A stretch of 64,000 nucleotides of DNA. It comes from Bdellovibrionales bacterium (GTDB lineage: Bacteria; Bdellovibrionota; Bdellovibrionia; Bdellovibrionales; UBA1609). This document shows positions 9,162-20,030 of the stretch, in pieces. How positions within the stretch are numbered: position 1 is the stretch's first letter; each line of letters begins with the position of its first letter. The translations under genes were made by a program, and so were the position numbers. The notes under the pieces are model-generated. The model saw only the letters and a list, made by a program, of their open reading frames with translations, was not told where the DNA came from and made no database searches. Location: NCBI GenBank assembly GCA_027317865.1, contig DAHVQG010000013.1, forward strand, positions 1 through 64,000, written 5' to 3'.

Positions 9162-9980
9162 TTAGACACTCGTGTAAACGCCTTCTCCGTATTGAACAAT
9201 GCGATTGCCTTGCTTGTCGGGCGGGTAGCTAAGCTTGAGCCGGATGTCTAGTACGTTTTTAGATATCAAATATACGCGTATTAAGATGTACGTTCCGGTG
9301 CGAACTTCTATCGGGTTAACCGGGATTTTGTCGGTGCCCGTGACAGTCGATCCGACTTTTGCCGTAATGACTTTCGATTCAGCCGAAATCAGCTTGGCGT
9401 TTTTAAATTTCACTTCGATTGCCCGCTCAAACGGCGATAAATTCGAACTTTGCGGAGTCACCGTAGTTCCGATCATGAATTTACCGCTCACTGTATCAAC
9501 GAAGGTTGAAGTGTCGTGATGTACCCCTCCGTTTGAATCGGTGTAGGTGCGATCGTAATTTTTATTTTTTAATGAATTAAGACCGTTACAGTCGACGTTA
9601 ACAGTAAAGTTATTTTCGGAATCGGCAGAAAACGAGTACGAGTTGTTGTTACCGTGCGAAATAGTGTAAGCCTGAATTTTTTCAAGTTTATACGTCCCTG
9701 GCGGAATTTGGCGCCAATTCGTAATTGGTGTCCTGTCGGGAAGATTCATTATAATCGGGTTTTCGCAGAGTACGTGATTAAGGTGGTCATTGTTCATTTG
9801 GTCTGTGGCACTCACGGGGTTTGTTATCGAAATTTGCCCGCTGGCGTTCATTTGCGGAGTCGTAACACCTGCGGCCTGTGTTGCGGGAGTGTGTAATCGG
9901 CTTTTACTGCACGCCGATAATGCGAAGGCCATAAATGCGGCGCAAGCGAGCATTCGTTTCAAATACATTTTGACTCCCAT
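9162..9980 (-). CDS. Hypothetical beta-rich lipoprotein
   Basis: Lipobox LSAC; start 9980 or 9968. Confidence 0.72.
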   Translation of the reverse strand: MGVKMYLKRMLACAAFMAFALSACSKSRLHTPATQAAGVTTPQMNASGQISITNPVSATDQMNNDHLNHVLCENPIIMNLPDRTPITNWRQIPPGTYKLEKIQAYTISHGNNNSYSFSADSENNFTVNVDCNGLNSLKNKNYDRTYTDSNGGVHHDTSTFVDTVSGKFMIGTTVTPQSSNLSPFERAIEVKFKNAKLISAESKVITAKVGSTVTGTDKIPVNPIEVRTGTYILIRVYLISKNVLDIRLKLSYPPDKQGNRIVQYGEGVYTSV

Positions 9981-10028
9981 TGAACCTGCAAAGTGAAGAA
10001 CTTAAAATTAGGCAACTTAACGAGTACC

Positions 10029-10044
10029 AGCAATTTAAGGGCCA
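10029..10044 (-). promoter_or_regulatory. Sigma54 (-24/-12) promoter
   Basis: TGGCCCTTAAATTGCT about 50 bp upstream of the lipoprotein start. Confidence 0.6.
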
Positions 10045-10160
10045 TTCAGATTTAAGCTTAAACTTCAAGGTTTGGCGAAAAGTGCCCAATTTTTTGACAT
10101 TCGAACCACTGAATGTCACTAGCGGGGGAATACACGTTTTTGTAAAATACACGTTTTAGA

Positions 10161-10742
10161 TCAGGCGATTTTGTTGGCGAATTCCTCACATGACAATATT
10201 TCTGCTTGGCGCGCAAAAACTTTTTCAGTTAACACGCGATGCACTTCTTCATCGGCGTCAAAGCAACCGTCTTTTAAAACCAAGCATTGAAAATCGAGAT
10301 CGGCCGCTTGCCGCAAAGTCGAAAGCACGACGCCGCTGGTTGCAATTCCCGACAAAACCAAATGTGTAATGCCTTGAGCACGCAAAATCATCGAAAGGTC
10401 GTTACCCGAAAACGCACTCACACGATGTTTAACAATAATTATTTCGCCCTCTTTCGGCGCAACGGCGGGATGAAAAGCGGCTGACTCACTTCCTTCAACA
10501 AATCGATTTGATTGCCGGATGTTTGAAAATGTCGGATGGAGAGGGTGCACTTCAGGGTACCCTGGTCGAAAACCAATCCCAACATGTATGACATGCACTC
10601 TCTTTGCGCGGGCCGCTGCCAAAGCTTTGCCTAACTGTAAGATTAGTTTATCTGAGCCTGGTACAAAGTCCGTAATGCCATTTTGGCAATCCATCAAAAG
10701 TAGGGCCGTTGATTTTGCATTCAGTTTTGAATATTCGGGCAT
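10161..10742 (-). CDS. Isochorismatase-like (cysteine hydrolase fold) protein
   Basis: TALLLMDCQ, KHRVSAFSG and GIATSGVVLST motifs; GAAAGGAAGG RBS. Confidence 0.9.
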   Translation of the reverse strand: MPEYSKLNAKSTALLLMDCQNGITDFVPGSDKLILQLGKALAAARAKRVHVIHVGIGFRPGYPEVHPLHPTFSNIRQSNRFVEGSESAAFHPAVAPKEGEIIIVKHRVSAFSGNDLSMILRAQGITHLVLSGIATSGVVLSTLRQAADLDFQCLVLKDGCFDADEEVHRVLTEKVFARQAEILSCEEFANKIA

Positions 10743-10922
10743 GGTCCTTCCTTTCAACGTGCTGTGGAATTGAATTTTATTGTTCTACCGTTTTATGCAC
10801 AATAGTCCGCGCAACGTCCCATTGAATCTATCCATTTGGTAACTGCTTCGACAACTTGACCCAATTACCTCTACCAAAGTGTCACAAAAATGTTTGAAAT
10901 CGAATTAGAGGCAACACCAGAG

Positions 10923-10938
10923 TGGCACTCCGATTGCT
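10923..10938 (+). promoter_or_regulatory. Sigma54 (-24/-12) promoter
   Basis: TGGCACTCCGATTGCT, near-consensus, 50 bp upstream of cytochrome c4. Confidence 0.7.
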
Positions 10939-10987
10939 ATCTCACAGTTTTTGGAAGTGACTCTGTGCTTTCGCGCAAGGGGGAAAT

Positions 10988-11620
10988 TTGAAAACAAATA
11001 TTTTCGTGGCGTTAGGAGTGTTGTTGATTTTACCGATTTCTTGTATCGCATATTCTGAGCCGCCACCGAATTTTGGGCCGATACAGAATCTTCTCTATAC
11101 CGAATGTCTCGTTTGCCACAGTAATGACGGGAATCCGGAAAACCCGCAATTTCCGAGAATTGCCGGTCAAAAAGAAAATTACCTCGTGACAGAGCTAAAA
11201 GCTTTTCGTGACCACAAACGACGTGATGCGGATGCGTTTGGATATATGTACGGCCCGGCATCGAGTTTGAGCAATAATCAAATTCATTTGTTAGCCGAAT
11301 ATTTTAGCGAGCAACCGACGGCGACAAATGTCGACCCGGGCAGCCCGGCCGATATGAAAGCCGGTAAAGAAATATTCGAAAATGGAATCCCAAGCGAAGG
11401 TGTGCCTCCCTGCTTTGCTTGTCATGGCGGAGATGCCCAAGGCACGGCCATGGCACCGCGACTTGCGGGACAATGGAGTACGTACATTGTCAAACAACTC
11501 AACGCTTTTAAAAATGGCTATCGTCATGAAGCCACAATGATGCCTGCGGTTGCGCAACATCTGACGGCGGCGCAAGAAACCGACGTAGCAGACTACTTGC
11601 AGGGGCTTCAAAAAGACTAA
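10988..11620 (+). CDS. Diheme cytochrome c4
   Basis: Two CXXCH motifs (CLVCH, CFACH), each followed by PR(I/L)AGQ and an axial Met; signal peptide; TTG start. Confidence 0.93.
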   Translation: MKTNIFVALGVLLILPISCIAYSEPPPNFGPIQNLLYTECLVCHSNDGNPENPQFPRIAGQKENYLVTELKAFRDHKRRDADAFGYMYGPASSLSNNQIHLLAEYFSEQPTATNVDPGSPADMKAGKEIFENGIPSEGVPPCFACHGGDAQGTAMAPRLAGQWSTYIVKQLNAFKNGYRHEATMMPAVAQHLTAAQETDVADYLQGLQKD

Positions 11621-11654
11621 AGTCGTGAGGCTTTAGCGATAGTTTGGTGACGAT

Positions 11655-13004
11655 TTGATTACAACTGAATTATTTGAAAAATACGATGTACCGGTCCCAC
11701 GTTACACAAGTTACCCGACGGTACCCTTTTGGACAAATTCACCGACGTCTGAAGAGTGGATGCAATCGCTTGAAAGCGTCTTCCAAAACCGTGATGCGAG
11801 TTGGGCGCTATACTTACATATTCCATTTTGTGAGTCGCTTTGCACCTATTGTGGTTGTACGACGGTTATTGGCCGGCCCCACAAAGTCGAAGAGCCTTAT
11901 GCCAATCGGCTTTACCACGAGCTTGAACTTTATCTTGACCGCCTAGCCGATCTTAAGACGCGGCCGTTGAAGCAAATTCACCTGGGCGGTGGCACTCCCA
12001 CATTTCTTTCAGCGCCAGTGCTTCAAAATTTAATCGACAAAATTTTTAAGAGGTTAAACGTTGCCCCGCAGTTTGACGGTAGCATTGAAGTGGACCCAAG
12101 GCGCACAAGCCCGCAACAGCTAGAAGTCTTGCGCCGGCTTGGGTTTTCACGCGTCAGTATGGGAGTTCAGGATTTTGCTCCCGAAGTGCAGCGTTTGATC
12201 AACCGGATTCAGCCAAAAGAAAAAACGGTAGAACTGACGCACGCGGCTCGCGATCTCGGTTATGAGTCAATAAATTACGATTTGATTTACGGTTTGCCAG
12301 CGCAGACGCCGCAATCCATTTTGCGCACAGTGACCGACACGATTGAATTACGACCCGATCGTGTCGCGCTTTATTCGCTTGCGGTGGTGCCATGGATTAA
12401 ACCGCAACAACGTCTTTTCAAGTACGAGGATCTGCCTCGTGGTGCGGACAAGCGAAAGCTCTACGAATTGGCGCGCGAGCAGTTTTTAAAAAGTGGCTAT
12501 GTTGAAATTGGAATTGACCATTTTGCGCTGCCCAACGACGGGCTGGCCCGAGCCCGAGACAATCAAACCCTTCACCGTAATTTTATGGGGTATACGGATT
12601 ATCGAACCGACATCCTGCTGGGTCTCGGTCTGAGCGCAATTTCAGAAACTCCCAACTGCTTTCATCAAAATGAAAAAGTTCTGTCGCGCTATGAACAGGT
12701 GGTCGACTCGGGGAGACTGCCGACTTTACGCGGACATAAACTCGACGAAGAAGACCGCATGTGCCGCGAACAAATTTTACGGTTTATGACACGAGGAGAA
12801 GTCGAGTTTCAAAATGCCGCGCAAAAAGCGGATGTGGCGCAATTTTTAACGAGTATGCTTGAAGACGGTTTGGTGCGCCTTGACGGTTCAAGATTGATTT
12901 TAACAGACAACGGCCGCCCGTTTTTGCGAAATGCCTGCGTTGCCTTTGATATGCATTTGCGCCGTCAAAGCCCGAACACGCAAATCTTTTCTCTGGCGCT
13001 ATAA
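11655..13004 (+). CDS. hemN: Oxygen-independent coproporphyrinogen III oxidase
   Basis: KYDVPVPRYTSYPT, YLHIPFCESLCTYCGC (radical SAM), GGGTP and HRNFMGY motifs. Confidence 0.95.
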   Translation: MITTELFEKYDVPVPRYTSYPTVPFWTNSPTSEEWMQSLESVFQNRDASWALYLHIPFCESLCTYCGCTTVIGRPHKVEEPYANRLYHELELYLDRLADLKTRPLKQIHLGGGTPTFLSAPVLQNLIDKIFKRLNVAPQFDGSIEVDPRRTSPQQLEVLRRLGFSRVSMGVQDFAPEVQRLINRIQPKEKTVELTHAARDLGYESINYDLIYGLPAQTPQSILRTVTDTIELRPDRVALYSLAVVPWIKPQQRLFKYEDLPRGADKRKLYELAREQFLKSGYVEIGIDHFALPNDGLARARDNQTLHRNFMGYTDYRTDILLGLGLSAISETPNCFHQNEKVLSRYEQVVDSGRLPTLRGHKLDEEDRMCREQILRFMTRGEVEFQNAAQKADVAQFLTSMLEDGLVRLDGSRLILTDNGRPFLRNACVAFDMHLRRQSPNTQIFSLAL

Positions 13005-14753
13005 TCGGCCGCGAAGAAATTGCGCCAGACTTTCGGCGAACGAGTGCGGATAAATTATTTTTGGTTCAGCCGATGTAAAAAACGGGTTCATCAAACAAAC
13101 ACGAATTAACATGAGATGGGAACAATTCTTATTCGGAGACCAATCTGGAAAATTCGCTTTTAAAAATTCCGAATACCGGTCAATGGGGATGTCGGTTTTT
13201 GAAACGTAGAAATCGCTCTCTTTATACGGCGAAAATTGTTCAAAGATCTGCCGCGTACGTTCGTTGACGACAGTCAGCGGCTCGCCAGACTTACCGACGC
13301 AAAAACATAAAATGTTTGTATCCGCAGAAGTGGGGATATGCACGTTCGGAACAATTTCTTTAAGCGCTTGGCGAAGTATGCGGCCACTTTCAATTGTTCG
13401 CCCAAGAATTCGGCCGTAGCCGTCGGCATTGAAACCAATCGTCTTTGCGGTCAGCCAGGTCGCCGTTGCCCCCGCCGCGGAACGTGATCCTTCTAACGTA
13501 AAATGTCCTCGATCGTCGTCATGAAAGTCAATATAGGGGGTCGGTTGAACGGGTAATTGATTTTGCCACCTGTCCCGGATAAGAACTGCTCCGCAAGAGT
13601 AGGGGACATAACCTAATTTGTGCGGATCAATCGTAAATGAATCCGCCGACGCGACCGAGTTCAAATCGGCTTTTAATTTATCGTCGATTAGCCCATGCGT
13701 GTCTTTCAACGAACAGAAGAAACCGCCGAATGCGGCGTCGATATGGTGCCAAATAAAAATGTTCTTCGAGTTTTTGTAGTCGTCGACGACCCTTTGGATC
13801 TCATGAATAGGGTCCACAAGACCTAATTCGGTTGTGCCAAGTACCGAAACGAGCATTGCAATCGGCCGTTCTGCTTTTCGACACCATTCCAATTTTTTTA
13901 TAAGGTCGGTTATCGAAATGGTTCCGTGCCGGTCGAGTTCGACGGGTATTAAATTATTTTTTCCGTAGCCGAGCAGAACCGCGATTTTCTCCCACGAATA
14001 ATGGCGGTGCGCCGGTATTAATAAAACTGGTTCACTGAATTTACCAAAACTTTCGGCGATCAGGCGGCCCGCCTCTAGCGGAGAAGAAAGATAAAGCTCC
14101 GACTCCGACTCGTCTGAAAAATCAAATCGGCGGTGAAGTTCGTGAAACTGCGTCCAACCTAAATTTGCAGCTTGAAAATGGGTGCCCTCCCAAAATTTTT
14201 GGCTTTTACTTTTGCACGCAATTGATAACCATCGCATCATTCGCCATTTAGCTCGGATCGCGGCTTCAAAATTGGCGACGGTTCCGCCGCTGGTAAAGTG
14301 GCCCGTACTTTGATTGACATCAAACCCGCACATATTGAGAAGTTCAACGATGGCCTCGTGCTCAATTTTGATCCCGACGCGAGACGCTTCTGCCGAAACA
14401 TTGTTTGGATTATGAAGAAGAGTCATGCAATGGCCGAAAAGCGCGGGGAGCGAAATTTCAGAGAACATGTGCCCAATATATCGCGGGGAAAATTTTGGGA
14501 CCTCGCCTTCAAATCGCGACATAAGTTCGTCGACGAGCGTGTTTACTTTCTTTAGAGCGTTACGATATTCACGAGTATTTTGATCGTCGTTCGAAATGGC
14601 ACAGCCATCATCCGGAAAGCGGTTGCGGCGCCATAAAATCCATCTTTCGACGATGTGGTGAAAAATGTGCGACACCATTTCGGCATTTTCAGCCTGCGGA
14701 CCAAGAAAAAAACTTTTCAACGCAATATCGCTAGGATCGCAATGTTTCGACAT
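12999..14753 (-). CDS. Group II PLP-dependent decarboxylase (tyrosine decarboxylase-like)
   Basis: FLGPQAEN, RYIGHM, GGTVANFE, HYSW, HIDAAFGG, DPHKLGYVPY (PLP Lys) and LEGSR motifs. Confidence 0.88.
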   Translation of the reverse strand: MSKHCDPSDIALKSFFLGPQAENAEMVSHIFHHIVERWILWRRNRFPDDGCAISNDDQNTREYRNALKKVNTLVDELMSRFEGEVPKFSPRYIGHMFSEISLPALFGHCMTLLHNPNNVSAEASRVGIKIEHEAIVELLNMCGFDVNQSTGHFTSGGTVANFEAAIRAKWRMMRWLSIACKSKSQKFWEGTHFQAANLGWTQFHELHRRFDFSDESESELYLSSPLEAGRLIAESFGKFSEPVLLIPAHRHYSWEKIAVLLGYGKNNLIPVELDRHGTISITDLIKKLEWCRKAERPIAMLVSVLGTTELGLVDPIHEIQRVVDDYKNSKNIFIWHHIDAAFGGFFCSLKDTHGLIDDKLKADLNSVASADSFTIDPHKLGYVPYSCGAVLIRDRWQNQLPVQPTPYIDFHDDDRGHFTLEGSRSAAGATATWLTAKTIGFNADGYGRILGRTIESGRILRQALKEIVPNVHIPTSADTNILCFCVGKSGEPLTVVNERTRQIFEQFSPYKESDFYVSKTDIPIDRYSEFLKANFPDWSPNKNCSHLMLIRVCLMNPFFTSAEPKIIYPHSFAESLAQFLRGRL

Positions 14754-14977
14754 AGATACACCCTGCCAAATATATGTGTGCAAATACGGGGCACCTGTTC
14801 GTTATAATCCAAATCGCGTATGTAGTTGTACAATTGATTGATTCACTTGCTTTGTGACAATTTGCCACGCCACGAGTGACGAATTGTCTCAAGCCCTAAT
14901 GGTCCGTATCGACTGTTGACCGTGTTTCAATTTCGCTTCTACGCTCAAAGTATTAACCCATTTAAAAGGCGGTAAGA

Positions 14978-17761
14978 ATGGATATTGAAACCGGCGTCGT
15001 GCAAAAAAACTCAATTGAGAAACATTCAACGTTAAATCGAGAAAGAAAATCGACTGCGTTGCAACTTAAACGCCGGCACACCAAAAAGGGCGTCAATCCG
15101 TTGGACGAAATTGAATATGAAACGCGATCCGCGCAAATTTTAAATCCGGACGGATCGATCGTATTTGAGATGAAAGACGTTGAAGTACCGAAAGACTGGT
15201 CACAACTCGCGACCGACATTCTTATCTCGCGATATTTTCGCCGCGCGGGAGTTCCGGATACGGGGTGCGAAGTAAGTGTTAAACAAGTTATATTTCGGGT
15301 GGCCCATACGATTCGAGAGTTCGGTGAAAGTTCCGGATATTTTACCTCGCCGGATCAAGCTGAAATATTTGAAGCGGAACTAACCTATCTGTTAATTACT
15401 CAAAGAGGCGCGTTTAATTCACCGGTTTGGTTTAACGTCGGCCTTTTTCAGAGATATGGCATCGGCGGTTCCGGCGGGAATTATTTTTTCAACGAAAACA
15501 CAAATTCGATTGAGCAAACGAAAAGTTCGTATCAATATCCGCAGTCTTCCGCGTGTTTTATTCAGAGTGTTGACGACGACCTGGGGGCAATATTCGACCT
15601 GGCTAAAAACGAATCTAAAATTTTTAAATATGGTTCAGGAACGGGCACAAATTTTTCTAAAATCCGGGGCCACATGGAGAAGCTTTCAGGAGGCGGAACA
15701 AGCTCCGGGCTCATGAGCTTTTTAGAAGTTCTCGATCGCGGTGCAGGTGCGACAAAATCGGGCGGGACTACGCGACGGGCGGCAAAAATGGTGTGTCTGG
15801 ATATTGACCATCCCGAAATTGAAGATTTTGTGCAATGGAAGGTGAAAGAAGAGAAAAAGGTCTCGGCGCTCGTTGCGGCCGGTTATACTCCGGACTTCAA
15901 CGGCGAAGCCTACAAGACGGTCGCGGGGCAAAATTCAAATAATTCGGTTCGCATTCCCGATGAGTTTATGAATGCCGTCGTCAATGATAAAGAATGGCAG
16001 ACTCGGCTGAGAACAACGAAAGAAGTTTATAAGACGCTGAAGGCACGCGACTTGTTCGATTTGATCGCGAAATCGGCTTGGACCTGTGCCGATCCAGGGG
16101 TTCAATTTGACGACACGATTAATAAATGGCACACCTGCCCGGGTTCGGGTAAAATCAATTCCTCTAATCCGTGTTCCGAATACATGTTTCTCGATGACAG
16201 CGCGTGCAATTTAGCATCGATTAACCTTCTCAAATATCTAAACGACAGCAATGAGTTCGATGTCGAAGGATTTCGGCATGCGTGTCAGGTATTTATTCTT
16301 GCCCAAGAGATTTTGGTTAGTCAGTCGTCATATCCAACGCCGAAAATCGCGCAAAATAGCCGTGACTATCGACCGCTTGGGTTGGGTTATGCAAACCTCG
16401 GCGCCTTGCTGATGGTAATGGGTATACCCTATGACAGCGAGGCTGCACGGTCTTGGTGCGGGGCAATTACTGCGCTTATGCTCGGCGAAGCCTATTCGAC
16501 AAGTGCGGAAATTGCGGCGCTCAAAGGGCCATTTGCTGGATATCGAAAAAACCAAGACGCCATGCTAAACGTCGTCAACGCACACAAAGATGGCACGGCA
16601 AGTATCGTGAAAGGGGCCCCGGATGGCTTGTATGCTTCAGCTCAAGAAGCTCTGCGCCGAGCTGTCGATCTCGGTAAAAAGTTTGGTTATCGGAATGCAC
16701 AAGTTACGGTACTCGCGCCGACGGGCACGATTGGTTTGTTAATGGATTGTGACACGACCGGAATTGAACCCGATTTTGCGCTAGTAAAATTTAAAAAGCT
16801 GGCGGGCGGAGGTTCATTTAAAATCGTGAATCAAGCTGTCCCGAGAGCGTTGAAGTCGCTTGGCTACAGTCACGAAGACTCCGACGCGATTGTTCGATAT
16901 ATAGTGGAGAACTTGACTGTCGAAGGCTGCCCACAATTAAAGCCGGAGCACTTAGCGGTTTTTGATTGCGCTAATCGTTGCGGCGAAAAAGGTACGCGCT
17001 ATTTATCGCCGATGAGCCACATCAAAATGATGGCCGCCGCGCAACCATTTCTGTCCGGAGCCATTTCGAAAACAGTCAATTTGCCCCATGAGGCGACAGT
17101 TGAAGACATTAAGTCGATTTTTCTCGAAGCATGGAAGTTGAATCTCAAAGCCGTGGCGATTTACCGCGATGGCTCGAAAATGAGCCAACCGCTGACGGCA
17201 AAAAAAGAGTCGACTCGCGAAAACCAAACGATGACAATCGGGCGATTACCGAAAAAAAGGCACGGGTTTACCGTTGAATCGCGGGTTGGCGGCCATAAGA
17301 TTTACGTGCGCACGGGCGAATACGAAAATGGAGAACTCGGCGAAATCTTCATAGACATGCACAAGGAGGGGGCGGCATTTCGCTCGTTACTTAACTGTTT
17401 TGCTATTGCGGTATCAAAAGGCCTGCAGCACGGCGTTCCGCTCAAAGAGTATGTCGACACATTTACGTTTACGCGTTTCGAGCCTAACGGGGTCGTCGAT
17501 CACGAAAACATTAAAGGAGCGACCTCAGTTGTTGATTTCATCTTTCGCCTGCTCGGTATGGAATACCTTGGTATGACCGACTTTTTGCACGTACAGCCGC
17601 CAGCGAAAAACAAACATGCCGACACTGATGCGACCGCAGATCAGCTGTATGGTCAACTTATGGGCGATGCTCCAGCATGCTCGACATGCGGGCACACAAC
17701 TGTGCGTAACGGTACTTGTTATCGTTGTTTGAATTGTGGCAACTCTATGGGATGCAGTTAA
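14978..17761 (+). CDS. nrdJ: Class II (B12-dependent) ribonucleotide reductase with C-terminal TSCPD-like domain and Zn ribbon
   Basis: [19 protein letters not shown] (thiyl Cys), APTGTIG and YRDGSK motifs; C-terminal CSTC/CLNC..GCS. Confidence 0.96.
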   Translation: MDIETGVVQKNSIEKHSTLNRERKSTALQLKRRHTKKGVNPLDEIEYETRSAQILNPDGSIVFEMKDVEVPKDWSQLATDILISRYFRRAGVPDTGCEVSVKQVIFRVAHTIREFGESSGYFTSPDQAEIFEAELTYLLITQRGAFNSPVWFNVGLFQRYGIGGSGGNYFFNENTNSIEQTKSSYQYPQSSACFIQSVDDDLGAIFDLAKNESKIFKYGSGTGTNFSKIRGHMEKLSGGGTSSGLMSFLEVLDRGAGATKSGGTTRRAAKMVCLDIDHPEIEDFVQWKVKEEKKVSALVAAGYTPDFNGEAYKTVAGQNSNNSVRIPDEFMNAVVNDKEWQTRLRTTKEVYKTLKARDLFDLIAKSAWTCADPGVQFDDTINKWHTCPGSGKINSSNPCSEYMFLDDSACNLASINLLKYLNDSNEFDVEGFRHACQVFILAQEILVSQSSYPTPKIAQNSRDYRPLGLGYANLGALLMVMGIPYDSEAARSWCGAITALMLGEAYSTSAEIAALKGPFAGYRKNQDAMLNVVNAHKDGTASIVKGAPDGLYASAQEALRRAVDLGKKFGYRNAQVTVLAPTGTIGLLMDCDTTGIEPDFALVKFKKLAGGGSFKIVNQAVPRALKSLGYSHEDSDAIVRYIVENLTVEGCPQLKPEHLAVFDCANRCGEKGTRYLSPMSHIKMMAAAQPFLSGAISKTVNLPHEATVEDIKSIFLEAWKLNLKAVAIYRDGSKMSQPLTAKKESTRENQTMTIGRLPKKRHGFTVESRVGGHKIYVRTGEYENGELGEIFIDMHKEGAAFRSLLNCFAIAVSKGLQHGVPLKEYVDTFTFTRFEPNGVVDHENIKGATSVVDFIFRLLGMEYLGMTDFLHVQPPAKNKHADTDATADQLYGQLMGDAPACSTCGHTTVRNGTCYRCLNCGNSMGCS

Positions 17762-18072
17762 TCGCCTTCTGGGTCGCCGCCAGCGGATGCTTTTAATGAA
17801 GATAGGCTATCGCCCATTGATTTTATCGCGTTCTCGTAAGCGTCAAAAACAGCCCGCTCGATCATTTCTCGCGTTTCCTGGTTGAGCGGGTGGGCGACGT
17901 CTTTGAATTGGCCGTCTTTGCGTTTTTTCGAGGGCATGGCAACGAACAACCCGTTGTTGCCGCGAATGACTTTTAAATCTCGTACGACAAAACAATTGTC
18001 GATGGTGATTGAGACGTAAGCTTTCAGCCGGTCTTCGTTAACCGGAAAGACGTTCACTTCGGTGATTTGCAT
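17758..18072 (-). CDS. spoVG: SpoVG family protein
   Basis: MQITEV...[30 protein letters not shown]...FKDVAHP. Confidence 0.95.
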   Translation of the reverse strand: MQITEVNVFPVNEDRLKAYVSITIDNCFVVRDLKVIRGNNGLFVAMPSKKRKDGQFKDVAHPLNQETREMIERAVFDAYENAIKSMGDSLSSLKASAGGDPEGD

Positions 18073-18110
18073 GGCAGGACCCCTTGTTGCTGCAGACTTC
18101 TCTTATAGAG

Positions 18111-18137
18111 TATCGGATCTTTGGTCCTGCGACTGAA
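18111..18137 (-). promoter_or_regulatory. Probable sigma28 (FliA) promoter for spoVG
   Basis: TTCAG-N16-CCGATA about 40 bp upstream of the spoVG ATG. Confidence 0.5.
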
Positions 18138-18215
18138 ATCATTTTTTCGTCTCAAAACGAGACATTTATGCCGATGCAGTCTAAATTACCGCAATTTGAT
18201 ACTAAACTCGTTTTA

Positions 18216-19718
18216 TTACTTGCTTATAAAAATCATCAATGGATAACCGCCCCGCAATACACGCAATGTATTGATTTTACCGCGACGTAAGTATCGCACC
18301 ATTTCTTCTTCCGTCTCAACCCGGTGGCGATTAACATCCACAATCATGTCGCCTGCTGAGAGACCCGCGGCATTGGCCGGACTGCCCGGTCGAACAGCCA
18401 CAACAATTGGGCCCCGTCGCTCTAATTTGGGCAAGCCAAATTTATGGGCTAGATCTTCTGAGTAATTCGACACTGAAAATCCAAGCCCAAATGGCGCCAA
18501 ACGCCCGCCTTCGGCTTCAGGTGGGGTCTCATAATGTTGTTCTTGATCGGGGTTATCGACGAGAGTCACGTGCAAAATAATTTTTCGTCTATTTCGCAAA
18601 ACTTCGATCGGATAAGTTTTGCCGGGGGTAGCATCTTCAATATATCGCTGAAGTGAAGCGGCATCAGTAATCTTTTTGCCGTCAAATCGAATGATGAAAT
18701 CACCGTTTCGAATGCCCGCTCTTTGCGCGGGTGAGTTTTGCATCACCCCTGAGATAAATGCGCCATGAGCGTCACTCAAGCCCAAATATTGGGCTTCACC
18801 ATAGTTTAATTGCTGCAAATAGACGCCCAAATAAGGATGATGGATGATTTCGCCGCGCTCGAGTTTAGCAATGATTGGTTTTGCCAAGTCAATCGGGATA
18901 GCAAACCCGATGGCTCCGCCGGGGGCATCTGCTGCAATTGCTGTATTTACCCCGACGACTTCGCCGAGAGTGTTGACGAGCGGCCCACCCGAGTTACCTG
19001 GGTTAATAGTTGCGTCGGTTTGTAGAAACGGAAATTGATTGAGGTTTTGAATTTCGCGTCCGGTTGCCGAGATAATCCCTTTGGTCATGGTGTGGCCCAA
19101 ACCGAGCGGGTTACCAAATGCCGCGACCCAGTCGCCGACCTGCAATTTTGAACTTTGGCCAAATACAACAGCCGGCAACGGCCTACCGGCATTGATTTTA
19201 ATAACGGCGAGATCGGCACGCGCATCGTGGCCAATCAATTTCGCCGTGTAGAATTTTTTGCTTTTTTCTGAGAGTTGAACCTTGATAATCGTCGCGTTTT
19301 TAACAACGTGGTTGTTAGTCAAAATTAAACCGTCGGAGCGGATAATAAATCCAGAGCCCAGCGAAACGACGGGCTGGGGTTGAACATACTGCTGCGGAAA
19401 CATCTGTTGAAACATCTGAAAAAACGGATCGTTGTAGGGCATCGGAAACTGTTCGTACTGGGCTTTGGGGATGTAAGTTGAAGAAATGTTCACGACGGAC
19501 GGGTTGATCACATTGGCCAGCTGAACAAATAAATTTTCTGGCATGGGGGCCCCAAGATGGAGTTCAGGAGCTTCTTCAGCCGACAATTGCTGACGCGTGA
19601 ATATTAAATCTGTAGTGATCGCGCCAAGTGCAAAAATAGCGACGATGAATCCGGTCATAAAAGCACGGGCGTGCTTTTCAAAAAAGGACATTTCTGATTT
19701 AACTTTATTTCGTCTCAT
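18216..19718 (-). CDS. htrA: HtrA/DegP-type serine protease with two PDZ domains
   Basis: GSGFII, TNNHVV, DLAVIK and GNSGGPL catalytic motifs; two PDZ domains; N-terminal TM segment. Confidence 0.95.
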   Translation of the reverse strand: MRRNKVKSEMSFFEKHARAFMTGFIVAIFALGAITTDLIFTRQQLSAEEAPELHLGAPMPENLFVQLANVINPSVVNISSTYIPKAQYEQFPMPYNDPFFQMFQQMFPQQYVQPQPVVSLGSGFIIRSDGLILTNNHVVKNATIIKVQLSEKSKKFYTAKLIGHDARADLAVIKINAGRPLPAVVFGQSSKLQVGDWVAAFGNPLGLGHTMTKGIISATGREIQNLNQFPFLQTDATINPGNSGGPLVNTLGEVVGVNTAIAADAPGGAIGFAIPIDLAKPIIAKLERGEIIHHPYLGVYLQQLNYGEAQYLGLSDAHGAFISGVMQNSPAQRAGIRNGDFIIRFDGKKITDAASLQRYIEDATPGKTYPIEVLRNRRKIILHVTLVDNPDQEQHYETPPEAEGGRLAPFGLGFSVSNYSEDLAHKFGLPKLERRGPIVVAVRPGSPANAAGLSAGDMIVDVNRHRVETEEEMVRYLRRGKINTLRVLRGGYPLMIFISK

Positions 19719-19760
19719 AATACCTCGGTATTTTAGGTAATTTATTTTGCGCCAGACAAG

Positions 19761-20024
19761 TTATTTGCTTTGTACGAACTTCAGCTGCAAATCCTGGATA
19801 ATCGCATCAAGATAATTTTTTTCGGAGTCAGATAAATTGCTTCTTGTTTTATCTCTAAGCATGACCAGAAGATCAATGCTGTATTGCGCGAGATCCAAAT
19901 TTTTTTCAAATTGATTCGTTTGTGGATTTTTTTCTATTCCGAGGCTCACAACGGCAGATGAAGCAATCGAAATAACAAGCGTTGAAAACGTGGCCTCAAG
20001 TTTTTGAGTTGCAGGTGTCTCCAT
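19761..20024 (-). CDS. DUF1844 family protein
   Basis: FSTLVIS..A..SLG...P...NLDLA...IDLL.ML..KT..NL..E pattern. Confidence 0.88.
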   Translation of the reverse strand: METPATQKLEATFSTLVISIASSAVVSLGIEKNPQTNQFEKNLDLAQYSIDLLVMLRDKTRSNLSDSEKNYLDAIIQDLQLKFVQSK

Positions 20025-20030
20025 ATATTT

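Noticed and set aside
10161-10742. Loss of the catalytic Cys in the isochorismatase-like protein (ATSGVV) as a novelty
   Set aside because: The GIATSGVVLST variant is a common subfamily
14760-14835. NrdR boxes upstream of nrdJ
   Set aside because: The candidates (CCAAATATATGTGT, CGCGTATGTAGT) miss several conserved positions of the consensus and the spacing is atypical
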